Source: Candidatus Yanofskybacteria bacterium
Lineage (GTDB): Bacteria; Patescibacteriota; Minisyncoccia; 2-02-FULL-40-12; IGHO2-01-FULL-4-A
Direction of reading: 5' to 3'
Length of the DNA stretch: 64,000 bases
NCBI GenBank assembly: GCA_016181175.1
Contig: JACOZV010000002.1
Coordinates: 115-64,114 of the forward strand
Each line of letters starts with the position of its first letter. Position 1 is the first letter of the stretch. Below the pieces are notes generated by a model. It was not told where the DNA came from. It worked only from the letters and a program-made list of their open reading frames with translations, and made no database searches. Below, piece after piece: positions 26,372 through 36,670 of this stretch. A program made the position numbers and the translations under genes.

Positions 26372-26650
26372 TTGAGCGGTGATGAAGGAAGGGTATACGA
26401 GTTGTTAGAAAAAATAAACGAAATTCTGATTGGAGAAAAGGGTACTTATTCCTTGCCAGAATGGAGTAGGGAAGAAATTCGTGCTCTGATAAATTCTAAA
26501 AAGCTAGATGTAAAAGTTTATCTGGGCGATGGAGGACTGTCGCGCCTTCTTTTAATACGGTTAAAAAATAAAATCATTTTTGAAATAAGTATTGCATCAA
26601 GCGGGGAAGTAAAAGAAAGGTGGAAAAAACTTTTTGGGCCCAGTCACTAA
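26372..26650 (+). CDS. Hypothetical small protein between hrcA and grpE
   Basis: 92-aa ORF within the heat-shock operon; no family recognised. Confidence 0.35.
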   Translation: MSGDEGRVYELLEKINEILIGEKGTYSLPEWSREEIRALINSKKLDVKVYLGDGGLSRLLLIRLKNKIIFEISIASSGEVKERWKKLFGPSH

Positions 26651-27191
26651 ATTTTTGCCAATTAAATCAAAAAATATGGATGACCAAAAACAAAAAAACG
26701 AAAATCAAAATCAAAACAATATAAATCAAACCATTGTTGCCGACGAGAAAGATATGACAGAAGAATATTTAAATAATTGGAAGCGCGAGAGAGCCGATTT
26801 TGTAAACTACAAAAAAGATGAGGCCAAGAGAATGGAGGAATTTGTTAAGTTTGCAAATGCGGGTTTGATTTTAGAATTATTGGATACCATGGACGATTTA
26901 TATATGGCTACAAAGCAAGTCAAAGATGCAGGTCTGGGGCAGGTAATTAAAAAGTTTGAAGATTTGTTAAAAAAATATGGCGTGGAAAAAATTGAGGTAG
27001 GCGGCCCTTCGACGGGCTCAGGGCAGGTAAAATTTGATCCAATGTTACATGAGGTAGTAAGCATGGAAGAAGGCGACCCCGTAAAATCGCCTGACGGCGA
27101 CAACGGGGCAAGAAATATAGAGGAAGTAAGAGTCGGCTATACAATGAATGGCAGAGTAATCAGGCCGGCAAGGGTTAAAATTATAAAATAA
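26634..27191 (+). CDS. grpE: Nucleotide exchange factor GrpE
   Basis: Asn/Gln-rich N-terminus, coiled coil, GrpE C-terminal beta domain. The start is ambiguous (26634 or the Met at 26676). Confidence 0.85.
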   Translation: MGPVTKFLPIKSKNMDDQKQKNENQNQNNINQTIVADEKDMTEEYLNNWKRERADFVNYKKDEAKRMEEFVKFANAGLILELLDTMDDLYMATKQVKDAGLGQVIKKFEDLLKKYGVEKIEVGGPSTGSGQVKFDPMLHEVVSMEEGDPVKSPDGDNGARNIEEVRVGYTMNGRVIRPARVKIIK

Positions 27192-27369
27192 TAAAGCGGT
27201 TTTAGCCAAAGCATGCCTCAGGCACGCTTCGCCGCTCCAGCGGCGGCTACGCTATTTCGTCTCACGGATTTGATTTTTGACGGAGAAATATTTTATCAAA
27301 AATCAACCGAGCAATCCGTTCGTCGGAATGCCTGAAACATACTTTGGCAAAAACCTAAAAATAATAAAC

Positions 27370-29283
27370 ATGAGCAAGGTACTTGGAATTGATTTGGGAA
27401 CAACTAATTCGGCGATGGCGATTGTGGAGATCGGACAGCCGAGAGTGCTGGAAAATAAGGAAGGGATGAGGACCACTCCTTCGGTGGTTGCTGTTGGTAA
27501 AAACGGCGAGCGTTATGTCGGCGTTACTGCCAAGCGCCAAGCCGTTACCAACCCCGCCAATACCATTTTTTCAGTTAAGAGGCTTATCGGTCGCCGTTTT
27601 TCAGATACAGAGGTTCAACACGACAAGAAGCTTCTGCCCTATGAGATTAAGGAGGGTTCAAATGGCGATGTAGAAGTAAAAATGCAGGAAAAATGGTATA
27701 AGCCTGCAGAAATCTCGGCAATGGTTTTGCAAAAATTAAAAACGGACACTGAAGATAAGCTTGGTGAGAAGATTACCGACGCTATTATTACAGTGCCCGC
27801 ATATTTTGACGACTCCCAGCGTAAAGCTACTAAAGACGCTGGTGAAATTGCCGGACTTAACGTTAAGCGCGTTATCAATGAACCGACAGCGGCCGCGCTT
27901 GCTTATGGTTTCAACAAGAAAAAAGATGAAAAAATTGTCGTCTACGACTTTGGCGGCGGAACTTTTGACGTTTCAGTGCTCGAGGTTTCCGAAGACACCA
28001 TAGAAGTCCGTAGTACTGGCGGAGATACCCATTTGGGGGGAGATGATATTGACCAGAAGATTATCCAATATCTAATTGATGAATTTAAAAAAGAAAATGG
28101 CGTGGACATAAGCAAAGATCAGTTGGCGGTTCAGCGTCTCAAGGATGCGGCGGAAAAAGCAAAGCACGAGTTATCAAGCACGATGCAGACAGAAATTAAT
28201 ATTCCTTTTTTGACCGCCGATGCTTCCGGGCCTAAGCATTTCAGCATGTCGTTTACGCGAGCCAAACTTGATGATTTAGTCAAAGACTATATTGATAAAT
28301 CGATAGAATTAACCAGTAAAACCGTAGAAGAAGCGGGGCTTAAAATGTCTGACATAAACGAGGTAATTCTTGTTGGTGGTCAGACCAGAATGCCAGCTAT
28401 TATTGAGGCGGTTAAAAAATTATTCGGCAAAGAACCGCACAAAGACATAAATCCTGATGAAGTTGTGGCAATAGGCGCGGCAATTCAGGGCGGTATAATG
28501 CAGGGTGATATTCGCGATGTATTACTGCTTGACGTAACTCCTCTTTCACTTGGCATAGAGACTCTCGGTGGCGTAATGACCAAAATGATAGAGAAAAACA
28601 CCACCGTGCCGACTGCCAAGACCCAAACATTTTCAACGGCGGCAGATAATCAGCCATCAGTTGAAATACACGTATTGCAAGGCGAGCGGGCAATGTCAGC
28701 GGACAATAAAACGCTTGGCAAGTTTATTCTGGATGGTATTCCGCCTGCTCCGCGCGGTGTGCCGCAGGTTGAAGTGACTTTTGACATTGATGTTAACGGT
28801 ATTTTGAATGTAAAAGCCAAGGACAAGGCAACAAACAAAGAGCAGTCTATTAGGATTGAGGGATCGTCTGGATTGACAGATGAAGAAAAGAAAAAAATGA
28901 CAGCCGAAGCGGAAAAATTTGCCGCCGAAGATGCCAAGAAAAAAGAGCTGGTTGATTCTTGCAATATGGCGGAGACATTGGTTTATTCGACGGAAAAAGC
29001 AATGAAAGATGCGGGGGATAAGATAAGTGCCGAGGAACGCAAAAATATTGAAGACAAAATGGCAGCTCTAAACGAAGCTAAGAAAAGTGAAGACGTTGGC
29101 ATAATTAAAAAAGCCACAGAAGAATTGTCCGTGGCAGCGCAGAAAATAGGGGAAATATTGTATAAGCAATCAACCCCGAAAAGTGGTGATGCCACCTCGG
29201 GGCAGGCAGGGGAGCAGAAGCCGGAGGAGAAACCAGAGAGCGAGGAGTTAAAAGAGGAAGACCAAAAAACAGGGGGAAAATAG
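27370..29283 (+). CDS. dnaK: Molecular chaperone DnaK (Hsp70)
   Basis: [28 protein letters not shown] and the rest of the Hsp70 signature. The start was trimmed to the conserved Met. Confidence 0.95.
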   Translation: MSKVLGIDLGTTNSAMAIVEIGQPRVLENKEGMRTTPSVVAVGKNGERYVGVTAKRQAVTNPANTIFSVKRLIGRRFSDTEVQHDKKLLPYEIKEGSNGDVEVKMQEKWYKPAEISAMVLQKLKTDTEDKLGEKITDAIITVPAYFDDSQRKATKDAGEIAGLNVKRVINEPTAAALAYGFNKKKDEKIVVYDFGGGTFDVSVLEVSEDTIEVRSTGGDTHLGGDDIDQKIIQYLIDEFKKENGVDISKDQLAVQRLKDAAEKAKHELSSTMQTEINIPFLTADASGPKHFSMSFTRAKLDDLVKDYIDKSIELTSKTVEEAGLKMSDINEVILVGGQTRMPAIIEAVKKLFGKEPHKDINPDEVVAIGAAIQGGIMQGDIRDVLLLDVTPLSLGIETLGGVMTKMIEKNTTVPTAKTQTFSTAADNQPSVEIHVLQGERAMSADNKTLGKFILDGIPPAPRGVPQVEVTFDIDVNGILNVKAKDKATNKEQSIRIEGSSGLTDEEKKKMTAEAEKFAAEDAKKKELVDSCNMAETLVYSTEKAMKDAGDKISAEERKNIEDKMAALNEAKKSEDVGIIKKATEELSVAAQKIGEILYKQSTPKSGDATSGQAGEQKPEEKPESEELKEEDQKTGGK

Positions 29284-29291
29284 ATAGTTCG

Positions 29292-29465
29292 CCGTTTTGC
29301 TGTCCGGCTACGCGCGCGTGTTTTGCTGGCCCTTCGGGACAGGAGCAAAACGCGCGCGCCTCCGCCGGAAAATCCGTCGGGCTAGTACTTTTCTTAGCAA
29401 TTTGCGAACGATAAAAGCCGCCGATTGGTATCGGCTTATGGTTTGTAATTTTTTAGTAAATAAAA
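29292..29465 (+). repeat. GC-rich structured 3' element (copy 2 of 2)
   Basis: CCGGCTACGCGCGCGTGTTTTGCTGG-CCCTTCGGG-ACAGGAGCAAAACGCGCGCGCCTCCGCCGG ... AAAAGCCGCCGATTGGTATCGGCTTATGGTTTGTAATTTTTT. Same element as 15386-15545, here downstream of dnaK. Confidence 0.65.
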
Positions 29466-29517
29466 ATCAGGATTTCTCCTGATTACCAGACCCTCCTGTC
29501 TATTTCATGCCTTCTTT

Positions 29518-29820
29518 TTAGTTTTCTGGACAAGTCAACAATACAGAACACTCACAACTTCTAGCCTGCCCATCTGAAGCTCTCAATATAACATCTGATG
29601 CCAAAATTTTTAAACCGCCAGATTCAAGCATTCGTTGTACTGAATCGAAGATTTCTGATGTACTGACGCTTACCTTATCTTTTTTCTCTAGGGAGTAACG
29701 AATTGCTGATGTATTAATAAATACCACAACATTAGTTGAAATATTGTTAGCAAGATATGGAGCAATAAAACTGTTTGTTTCTTCTTTGTTTAGCCCGTGC
29801 TTAATAGTAGTAGATGCCAT
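29518..29820 (-). CDS. Hypothetical protein (100 aa)
   Basis: Clean ORF between dnaK and dnaJ on the opposite strand; no family recognised. Confidence 0.4.
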   Translation of the reverse strand: MASTTIKHGLNKEETNSFIAPYLANNISTNVVVFINTSAIRYSLEKKDKVSVSTSEIFDSVQRMLESGGLKILASDVILRASDGQARSCECSVLLTCPEN

Positions 29821-29881
29821 TTTCCACCTCTTTTTTAAAGAAAAGACGGATATGTTAAAATACTAACAAATAGAAAAAATT

Positions 29882-31003
29882 ATGTTAACTACCGATGACT
29901 TTTATACAACTTTAGGGGTGCCAAAAAGCGCCTCGCAGGAAGATATTAAAAAGGCCTATCGAAAGCTGGCCCATCAATATCATCCCGACAAGCAAGGCGG
30001 GGACGAGAAAAAATTCAAAGAAATAAACGAGGCCTATCAAGTGCTTTCCGACCCCAATAAACGTTCGCGATACGATCAATTCGGATCTGCTTTTGGTTCC
30101 CAGGGATTCAGCAGGCAAGGTCCTTTTGATGGTTTTGATTTTTCACAGGGATTCGGTGGATTTAGACAGGGACCTTTCGGGGAAGCTCAAGGCGGGCAGA
30201 ATTTTAATTTTGAAGATATTTTTGATATTTTCGGTGATGCTTTTGGCGGGCGAAGCAGGGCAGCTAGGCGCGAGCCAGAAGAATCTGGCATAGGCATGGA
30301 TTTGAGAATCAGTTTAGCCATTAGTCTTTACGAAGCTGCTCGCGGCGCGAAGAAAACCATTCAGATTAAACAAGATGTTTCCTGTAGGGAATGCGGCGGC
30401 AGTGGTGCTGAAAAGGGGACCGACTTGGTCAACTGTTCCGTTTGCGGCGGTAGGGGTGAAGTCAGAGAAGCCACTGCTTCATTTTTTGGAAATATAACCA
30501 GAGTGTATATATGCAATATTTGTCGTGGTAGTGGCAAGGTGCCCAAAACGAACTGTCATGCTTGTAAGGGTGAGGGTAAAAAACGTGAAGATAAAACCAT
30601 TGAGCTTAAAATTCCCGCAGGTATCAATAACGGCGAAGCATTTATTGTCAAAGGCGAAGGACAGGCTGGTTTTCGCGGCAAAAAATCCGGGAATTTATAC
30701 GTTCAGGTCAGCGTTGAGACGGACAAGAGCTTTAGACGTGTTGGCAATGACATAGTTTATGAAATGCCTATAAAAATCACCGATGCGGTTCTTGGTGCGC
30801 ATTTGTCTGTTCCGACACTGGACGGAGAAAAAGAAATTGAGATACCGTCTGGTGTCCAAAATGGCGAATTATTGCGTCTGAAGGGCTTGGGTGTGCACGG
30901 TTCCCACAAAGGTGACCAGATAGTTAAAATAAAAATTGAAACACCGCGAAAATTAAGCGGTAAAGCCAGGAAGTTAGTTGAGGAATTGGCCAGGGAAATT
31001 TAA
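29882..31003 (+). CDS. dnaJ: Molecular chaperone DnaJ
   Basis: J-domain with HPD (YHPDKQ), G/F-rich region, four CxxCxGxG zinc-finger repeats, C-terminal domains. Confidence 0.9.
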   Translation: MLTTDDFYTTLGVPKSASQEDIKKAYRKLAHQYHPDKQGGDEKKFKEINEAYQVLSDPNKRSRYDQFGSAFGSQGFSRQGPFDGFDFSQGFGGFRQGPFGEAQGGQNFNFEDIFDIFGDAFGGRSRAARREPEESGIGMDLRISLAISLYEAARGAKKTIQIKQDVSCRECGGSGAEKGTDLVNCSVCGGRGEVREATASFFGNITRVYICNICRGSGKVPKTNCHACKGEGKKREDKTIELKIPAGINNGEAFIVKGEGQAGFRGKKSGNLYVQVSVETDKSFRRVGNDIVYEMPIKITDAVLGAHLSVPTLDGEKEIEIPSGVQNGELLRLKGLGVHGSHKGDQIVKIKIETPRKLSGKARKLVEELAREI

Positions 31004-31074
31004 TATGAAATTTGTAATTTTTGACTAAACGCGTTATTTTAGTTTCATGATTTTTGACAACCAAGGAGAGCTAG

Positions 31075-31716
31075 ATGATTTATATAGCCAATGACGTTGA
31101 ATCTGCCGGTGGGAAACTTGGACGGCACAGCACCATATCTATTGGGGCGGCCGTAATAACACGTGAAAAAATCACTTTTGAGGATTATTGGAAAAAGGGA
31201 CTGGTTTTTTATGCCGAGTTGATTCCCGATTCCTATTGTTATGACATAGAAGCGATGAGGGTCGGTTGTTCTCAATTAATGTGTATTGAAGAGATCAAGT
31301 TGAGAGATGACAGGTTTGACTCTAAAAGTTTGAAATTTGATCCGGAAAAAGTTTTAAGATTCATGGCAAAACGTTGTGAAGAACGATTTTCGGCCATGCA
31401 AAGGTTTAGCGATTGGATTAAAAGCATGAAAAGTGGAGAAGAAAAAGTTATCGGTGTGACCGATACCGTCTTTTTTGATGGTGGTAGAATAGATTTATGT
31501 TTCGGTCTTTACGATGATCTACGGTCGCCGTCTCCTTATGGATGGAGTGGTCTTGATTTGGACTCCGTTTATCGTGGTTACATGAGAAAAGCAGGCGCTT
31601 CTTTAAGAGAATTAGGCGTAAAAGATGAGCGTACAAAGCCTCATCGGGCCGACCAGGACGCGGTTTTTCTTGCTCAGCAGGGTCACGATTTGTTGTTTGA
31701 AAAAATGGGCTGGTGA
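31075..31716 (+). CDS. DEDDh-type 3'-5' exonuclease (DnaQ-like fold)
   Basis: N-terminal D-x-E (NDVES) and C-terminal H-x4-D (HRADQD) motifs in an exonuclease-like arrangement. Confidence 0.5.
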   Translation: MIYIANDVESAGGKLGRHSTISIGAAVITREKITFEDYWKKGLVFYAELIPDSYCYDIEAMRVGCSQLMCIEEIKLRDDRFDSKSLKFDPEKVLRFMAKRCEERFSAMQRFSDWIKSMKSGEEKVIGVTDTVFFDGGRIDLCFGLYDDLRSPSPYGWSGLDLDSVYRGYMRKAGASLRELGVKDERTKPHRADQDAVFLAQQGHDLLFEKMGW

Positions 31717-31773
31717 GCCGTTTAATTAAAGATTGCTTATTCACCTCGTAAATAACGAGGTTTTTTAATCTTA

Positions 31774-32382
31774 TTGACTGATGTTATAATTACATTGATC
31801 ATGGCTAACCAAATTATTTCTCAAATATTGATTTATCTAATGGATTTTTCCAAGTTTGCCCAGGGGCTGGCAGGTAATATTAATGTATCAGGTTTGCGTT
31901 ATGATTGGTTAATTATTTCTTTTTTTGTTTTTGCAATTTTGTTGGTGGCATTAAGCTTAGGCCGGTCACGTATACTATTGGTATTATTGAGCTTGTACGT
32001 TGCCGCTTTTCTGGAATCGCATTTTGTATATTTTGATAAATTGCGTACATCAATAAAAAACGTGCCCGACTATTGGCTGCACTTTGGTTTATTTTTCTTA
32101 ATTTATGGAATTGCCTTTGGAATTTTAAATCGTTCGGTTCTTAAGCATCGCCTGACCCTTGCCGAATCGTCAATCGCCGCCGTTGTATTAATCGCGGTAG
32201 TGGAAATGGGATTTTTGGCGACAATTATGCTTTCTTACTTTCCGCCGGAACTTATAGAGCGTGTTCCGTCAAAACTAGTCCCATATTTTGCGACAAAAAC
32301 CGCCCAATTCTGGTGGGCGGTGGTTCCTTTATTTGTTCTGATTTTTTCTAAAAAGAATAAAGAGGCGAGTGTTAGCTCCTAG
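31774..32382 (+). CDS. Hypothetical polytopic membrane protein
   Basis: 202 aa, 5-6 predicted TM helices. Confidence 0.45.
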   Translation: MTDVIITLIMANQIISQILIYLMDFSKFAQGLAGNINVSGLRYDWLIISFFVFAILLVALSLGRSRILLVLLSLYVAAFLESHFVYFDKLRTSIKNVPDYWLHFGLFFLIYGIAFGILNRSVLKHRLTLAESSIAAVVLIAVVEMGFLATIMLSYFPPELIERVPSKLVPYFATKTAQFWWAVVPLFVLIFSKKNKEASVSS

Positions 32383-32951
32383 CCTTTACTGGCTCTCTCT
32401 ACATATTCTCCAGTTTCGGTATTAAGACGGACAATATCACCCTCACCAACGAATAGCGGGACGTTAACCATGGCGCCTGTTTCCAATTTAACTTGTTTGA
32501 CTCCTCCTTGGGCCGTATCGCCGCGTATGGCCGGCGGGGCCTCTATTACACGGAAATCCATTTTAATAGGTAATTCTATGTTTATTATTTTTCCATCAAA
32601 AGTTATAGCTTCAAGCAAAGTGTTGGGTTTAAGGAATTTGTAATTGTCGCCGATAATTTCCTTTTCCAGTTTAAACCTTTGCGCTGGGTTTGACGGATCG
32701 GCAAACCAATATTCATCACGGTGGTTATATAAAAACTTAACGCCCTTGCGTTCGATGTTAGCTTCCTCAAAAATATCTGACTGGGCAAAATTGCGCTCCA
32801 AGGTTTTGCCGTTAAGCAGGTTGCGCATGCGTGTTTGTACCACTGGACGTCGTTGTTGCATCTTAAGATGATGCGTTTCAAGCACCTCATAAGGTTGACC
32901 TTCCCAGATAAAGAAAGTTTTGGGTTTTAGTTCGTTTACGCCAAGAGACAT
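32379..32951 (-). CDS. efp: Elongation factor P
   Basis: 190 aa; three-domain EF-P pattern with the motif KPGKGxAFVR-like region VVQTRMRNLLNGKTLE. Confidence 0.9.
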   Translation of the reverse strand: MSLGVNELKPKTFFIWEGQPYEVLETHHLKMQQRRPVVQTRMRNLLNGKTLERNFAQSDIFEEANIERKGVKFLYNHRDEYWFADPSNPAQRFKLEKEIIGDNYKFLKPNTLLEAITFDGKIINIELPIKMDFRVIEAPPAIRGDTAQGGVKQVKLETGAMVNVPLFVGEGDIVRLNTETGEYVERASKG

Positions 32952-32972
32952 AATCCGATAATTGAAACAAAA

Positions 32973-33731
32973 TTATTTTTTAAATGCAAGAGTGGCCAAA
33001 AATATGGCTGTACTGGTAAGAACCGCTATGGGGCCTGGCGGAAGTCCAAATCGAGTAGCCAAGATGATTCCCCCAACTAAACTCACCAAACCGATGGCGG
33101 CACTAGTTTTGGTGTAACTGTACATGTTGGAAGTAATATTTTTGGAGGCAATCGCGGGGATTATAACCAAGGCGCCCATAAGGAGAGTGCCAACACTTTT
33201 AATTCCCAGAGCTACAATTAGAGCAACTAAAATCATGAAAATAAAATTATCACGGGCCACTTTGATGCCGGATGCCTTAGCCAAGTCCTTTGAAATTGTT
33301 CCAAGAATAAATCCTTTTGAAATAGATTTCATTATAAAAAGCACTGTCAGAGAGAAAATTATGGCTAGCAAGGCGTCGGTACCAGATATGGTTGCAATAT
33401 CTCCGAATAATGCTTCAAGTAATTCTTCTTCAGGCGTGATAAGTAAGCCAACGGCAAGAGAAAAAGTAAAAAACAAGCCGACTACTGATTCGGCCGGCAA
33501 TTCCGTCTTATGTTCTATAAGCCAGATGCCGATTATGCCAGCAAACAATGTGGCAAAAGCGCCTAAAAATGGGTTTATGTTAAAAAGTAATGCCAATGCT
33601 ATGCCAGGCAAGGCGACATGAGACAAGGCATCACCCACAAGAGCCATACGCTTGAGGACCATAAAGGAACCCAGATAGCCGGAAGCTATACCGACGAAAA
33701 TCGCAGAAATCAATTGTAATTCGTTAACCAT
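32973..33731 (-). CDS. Metal (Zn/Mn) ABC transporter permease, ABC-3 family (ZnuB/TroCD-like)
   Basis: 252 aa, 7-8 TM segments, ABC-3 permease-like sequence; immediately downstream of the ATPase gene. Confidence 0.8.
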   Translation of the reverse strand: MVNELQLISAIFVGIASGYLGSFMVLKRMALVGDALSHVALPGIALALLFNINPFLGAFATLFAGIIGIWLIEHKTELPAESVVGLFFTFSLAVGLLITPEEELLEALFGDIATISGTDALLAIIFSLTVLFIMKSISKGFILGTISKDLAKASGIKVARDNFIFMILVALIVALGIKSVGTLLMGALVIIPAIASKNITSNMYSYTKTSAAIGLVSLVGGIILATRFGLPPGPIAVLTSTAIFLATLAFKK

Positions 33732-33754
33732 TTTTATAACTATCGTAGATGTTT

Positions 33755-34489
33755 TTAATTCTCACTCAAAGAGTGGTCATGATGGTAAAACTTTGCTTCC
33801 CCGCCGTAAAGTGATGATAAATCTTTTGGGCTTAATACAGTATGTGGTTCCCCAAAACAAACCTGCTGCCTGTTAAGGCAAATGACAGTTTTAGCATATT
33901 TATAAACAACGTTCAGGTCGTGGGATATTAAAATAATCGTTAATTTTCTTTTGTCTTGAAGCTCGTGAAGGAGATTGTAAATAGTTTCTTCTCCGCCGAT
34001 GTCTATGCCAGAAGTTGGTTCGTCGAAAAGCAGAACGTCAGGATTATCAACCAGAGACCAGGCGACAAGAACTCTTTGGAATTCTCCGCCGGACAATAAA
34101 CCCATTTGGCGATTGAGAATATGGTGTTCAAGGTGGTGCTCGTGTTCGGAGTCTGTATTAATGCCAACGGAGGACAAGGCTTGCAGCATGTTTGTTTTGG
34201 ATGCCGACTTGAGACCAAGAAACTCCTTGACGCTTAGCGGCAGTCCTCGGTCAATGATGAGCTTTTGGGGTGCATAGGCAATTTTGAGTCCGGTTTCCCA
34301 ATTTATTTTTCCAGAATAGGGGACAAGTCCAAGCAAAGTGCGGAATAGCACGCTCTTACCTGAACCATTAGGACCGATTACGGCCAAAACCTCGCCCCTG
34401 TTCAGGGAAAAATTAATATTATCCAAAACCTTTTGGCCGTTAAATGAAACTGATAAATTTTCTACTTCAAGGACTCTTTCTTTTTCCAT
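33755..34489 (-). CDS. Metal ABC transporter ATP-binding protein (ZnuC-like)
   Basis: Walker A GPNGSGKS, signature LSGGEFQR, Walker B LLFDEP; His-rich HEHHLEHH insert. Confidence 0.85.
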   Translation of the reverse strand: MEKERVLEVENLSVSFNGQKVLDNINFSLNRGEVLAVIGPNGSGKSVLFRTLLGLVPYSGKINWETGLKIAYAPQKLIIDRGLPLSVKEFLGLKSASKTNMLQALSSVGINTDSEHEHHLEHHILNRQMGLLSGGEFQRVLVAWSLVDNPDVLLFDEPTSGIDIGGEETIYNLLHELQDKRKLTIILISHDLNVVYKYAKTVICLNRQQVCFGEPHTVLSPKDLSSLYGGEAKFYHHDHSLSEN

Positions 34490-34628
34490 CCCGTACGAGA
34501 CAGGATTAGGTTTAAATCTTTAAACCTTAAACCTAATCCGTATCTTTTAAGTTATCCCGTAAAAGAAAGCCTGGTTTGATTATTTGGTTTTGCTTATAAT
34601 ATAAACTCTTGCTGTCTCGTTCGGGATC
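34488..34628. repeat. Inverted-repeat element (copy 2 of the ATCCCGWACGAGACAG IR family). Its arm overlaps the ATG of the ABC ATPase gene.
   Basis: Arms ATCCCGTACGAGACAG ... CTGTCTCGTTCGGGAT are identical to those of copy 1. The interior carries its own hairpin GGATTAGGTTTAA...TTAAACCTAATCC. Confidence 0.65.
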
Positions 34629-34639
34629 CACAATAAAAA

Positions 34640-35524
34640 TTATAACAGATTTACTTTAAAATTGGGATGGCCTGCCAAAAATTCTTTTATATCCATTGGC
34701 TTGCCACCTTCAAGTTGCACTCTTTTAAATTTTGGGCGACCATTTTCCATTTCGGCGGCCAATATCTTTAGACTTATTTTTTTACCGTTTTTTTCAAGCC
34801 ATATAAACACGCCCGGTTCCGGGTTCAGAGCCCGTATTTTATTATATGTTTGTTCGGGGGTGTCGTTAGGTTTGATCTCCCCGTCTTCGGCCGTAAATTT
34901 TTTAGTAAAAGTTGCTTGTGTGTGGTCTTGCGGTCGCGGTTTAATTTTGCCGGATAAATAATCCGGCAAGGTTTTTATCAAAAGTTCCGCGCCTAATTGC
35001 CATATCTCTGCATTAATTTTGGGGAATAAGTCAATGCCGGATATTTTGTAATTTTCCGAAGAAATAATTGGTCCATGGTCTAATTCCTCGTCAATTTTCA
35101 TTATAGTAGCGCCAGATATTTTTTCTCCATTTAAAATAGCTGTTTGAACTGGTGAGGGGCCACGATATTTAGGTAGTAAAGAAGGATGAACGACCACCAT
35201 ACTATGCCCGGGCAAATTAAAAATTTCTGGCGGGATAAGTTTGCCATAAGCGGCAACGACACCGATATCTAATTTTAAATTATAAATTATAAATTTTAAA
35301 TCGGGATCATTTTTAAGACTAGACGGTTGTAAAACATTGAGGCCTAGTTTTTGTGCTGCAACCTTAATCGGCGGGGGAGTGAGGATTTGTTTGCGCCCAA
35401 CTGGCTTATCCGGCGTAGTAACAACTGCCACAATATAGTAGCCCGCCTTAACTAATGCTCCCAATACCGGCACCGCAAAATCCGCCGTCCCAAAGAAAAT
35501 TATTTTGGTTTTTGACTCTTGCAC
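34640..35524 (-). CDS. fmt: Methionyl-tRNA formyltransferase
   Basis: Formyl-transferase N-domain (IIFFGTADFAVP...) plus C-terminal domain; adjacent to def. Confidence 0.9.
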   Translation of the reverse strand: MQESKTKIIFFGTADFAVPVLGALVKAGYYIVAVVTTPDKPVGRKQILTPPPIKVAAQKLGLNVLQPSSLKNDPDLKFIIYNLKLDIGVVAAYGKLIPPEIFNLPGHSMVVVHPSLLPKYRGPSPVQTAILNGEKISGATIMKIDEELDHGPIISSENYKISGIDLFPKINAEIWQLGAELLIKTLPDYLSGKIKPRPQDHTQATFTKKFTAEDGEIKPNDTPEQTYNKIRALNPEPGVFIWLEKNGKKISLKILAAEMENGRPKFKRVQLEGGKPMDIKEFLAGHPNFKVNLL

Positions 35525-35560
35525 GTTAATTATGTATAATAAACTAAGAGGTGTGTTTAT

Positions 35561-35707
35561 ATGAACTATTTGATTGCCGGACTTTCTGGAGTGGCTGTTG
35601 CTTTGATAAGTAAAAAAATGGGCTTACCACTTTGGGCCGCATTACTGATTTATATAGTCGGATTCATTATTCATAAGGTGGCTGGTTTTTTAGCTGAAAC
35701 AAATTAA
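35561..35707 (+). CDS. Small hydrophobic protein (48 aa); not in the ORF track because it is under 60 aa
   Basis: MNYLIAGLSGVAVALISKKMGLPLWAALLIYIVGFIIHKVAGFLAETN with an AAGAGGTG RBS and an upstream TTGCAC...TATAAT promoter. Confidence 0.35.
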   Translation: MNYLIAGLSGVAVALISKKMGLPLWAALLIYIVGFIIHKVAGFLAETN

Positions 35708-36147
35708 ACCCGATCTCTTATGAGCATTCCTTGCAAGTGATCATATTCGTGTTGTAAGACACGCGCGAGAAACCCTCGCGCTTTTATTTTGATTTTTTTG
35801 CCGTTTTCATCAAGTGCCTTTATTTTTATTTTTTTTGAGCGTTTTATCTGGTGCCAATACCCGGGTATACTCAAACAGCCCTCCTCTACTTCGCCGGTAT
35901 TTTTGGAAAACTCCGTAATCTCCGGGTTGATGTAGGCATCTGGCGCGCCGTTTTCGTCTGCCAGATTTTTATCAATCACAAAAATCTGCAAATCATGGCC
36001 TATCTGATTAGCCGCCAATCCCACGCCATTGGACTCAACCATCTTTTTCCTCATATCAGAAATTAGCGCTTTAATTTCAGGCGTTATCTTTTCTACGCTT
36101 TTTAATTTTTTGCGAAGTATTTTTTTGGGTTCTTTTACGATTTCCAT
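35704..36147 (-). CDS. def: Peptide deformylase
   Basis: Motifs GVGLAANQIG, EGCLSIPG and QHEYDHLQG. Confidence 0.9.
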   Translation of the reverse strand: MEIVKEPKKILRKKLKSVEKITPEIKALISDMRKKMVESNGVGLAANQIGHDLQIFVIDKNLADENGAPDAYINPEITEFSKNTGEVEEGCLSIPGYWHQIKRSKKIKIKALDENGKKIKIKARGFLARVLQHEYDHLQGMLIRDRV

Positions 36148-36607
36148 TTTGAGGTAGATTGTTATTTTTTTCTTTTACCGGCTTTTTACCCCGCACCTTT
36201 TCTGGATTATTGGATTCTTGATGCGTAGCATCCTGTCCAGAAAAGGTGCGGGGTTTGTAGGCAGATAAATAAAGGAATAATTTGCCTGGTGTCTCAATTT
36301 TTTTTGCTTGTTTTAATTCGGCGAATATTTTGTATGCGCGTGGCAAGCCGATATTTTTAATTATTCCCAAATACATTCCGAATTTTTTAGGTTCTCCGCA
36401 AAAATCGGATATTTCTTTAGCAAGGGCATGCCTTTCACTATGCAGGCCATGTTCAGGTTTTTTGATGAAATATTCTATTTTTTGAAGTCCGCCGTTCAAT
36501 TCGCCCTGCTGGATGCCACATTTGCTACATTTGCCGCCTATGACATCAAAGTCATGTCCAAATTTCTGGCCGTAGCAAAGAGCGTTTTTTTGGATATCTG
36601 TGGCCAT
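36077..36607 (-). CDS. Hypothetical protein with an N-terminal zinc ribbon and a basic low-complexity tail (the tail overlaps the def start by about 70 nt)
   Basis: CxxC...CxxC (CYGQ...CSKC); C-terminal KKPVKEKNNN...KKRRKDNA. Confidence 0.4.
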   Translation of the reverse strand: MATDIQKNALCYGQKFGHDFDVIGGKCSKCGIQQGELNGGLQKIEYFIKKPEHGLHSERHALAKEISDFCGEPKKFGMYLGIIKNIGLPRAYKIFAELKQAKKIETPGKLFLYLSAYKPRTFSGQDATHQESNNPEKVRGKKPVKEKNNNLPQNGNRKRTQKNTSQKIKKRRKDNA

Positions 36608-36670
36608 TTCTACTTAAAAGATAAACCTTTCTGACTATTTTTTCAACCACTTCTTTGATATAATGGTTTT

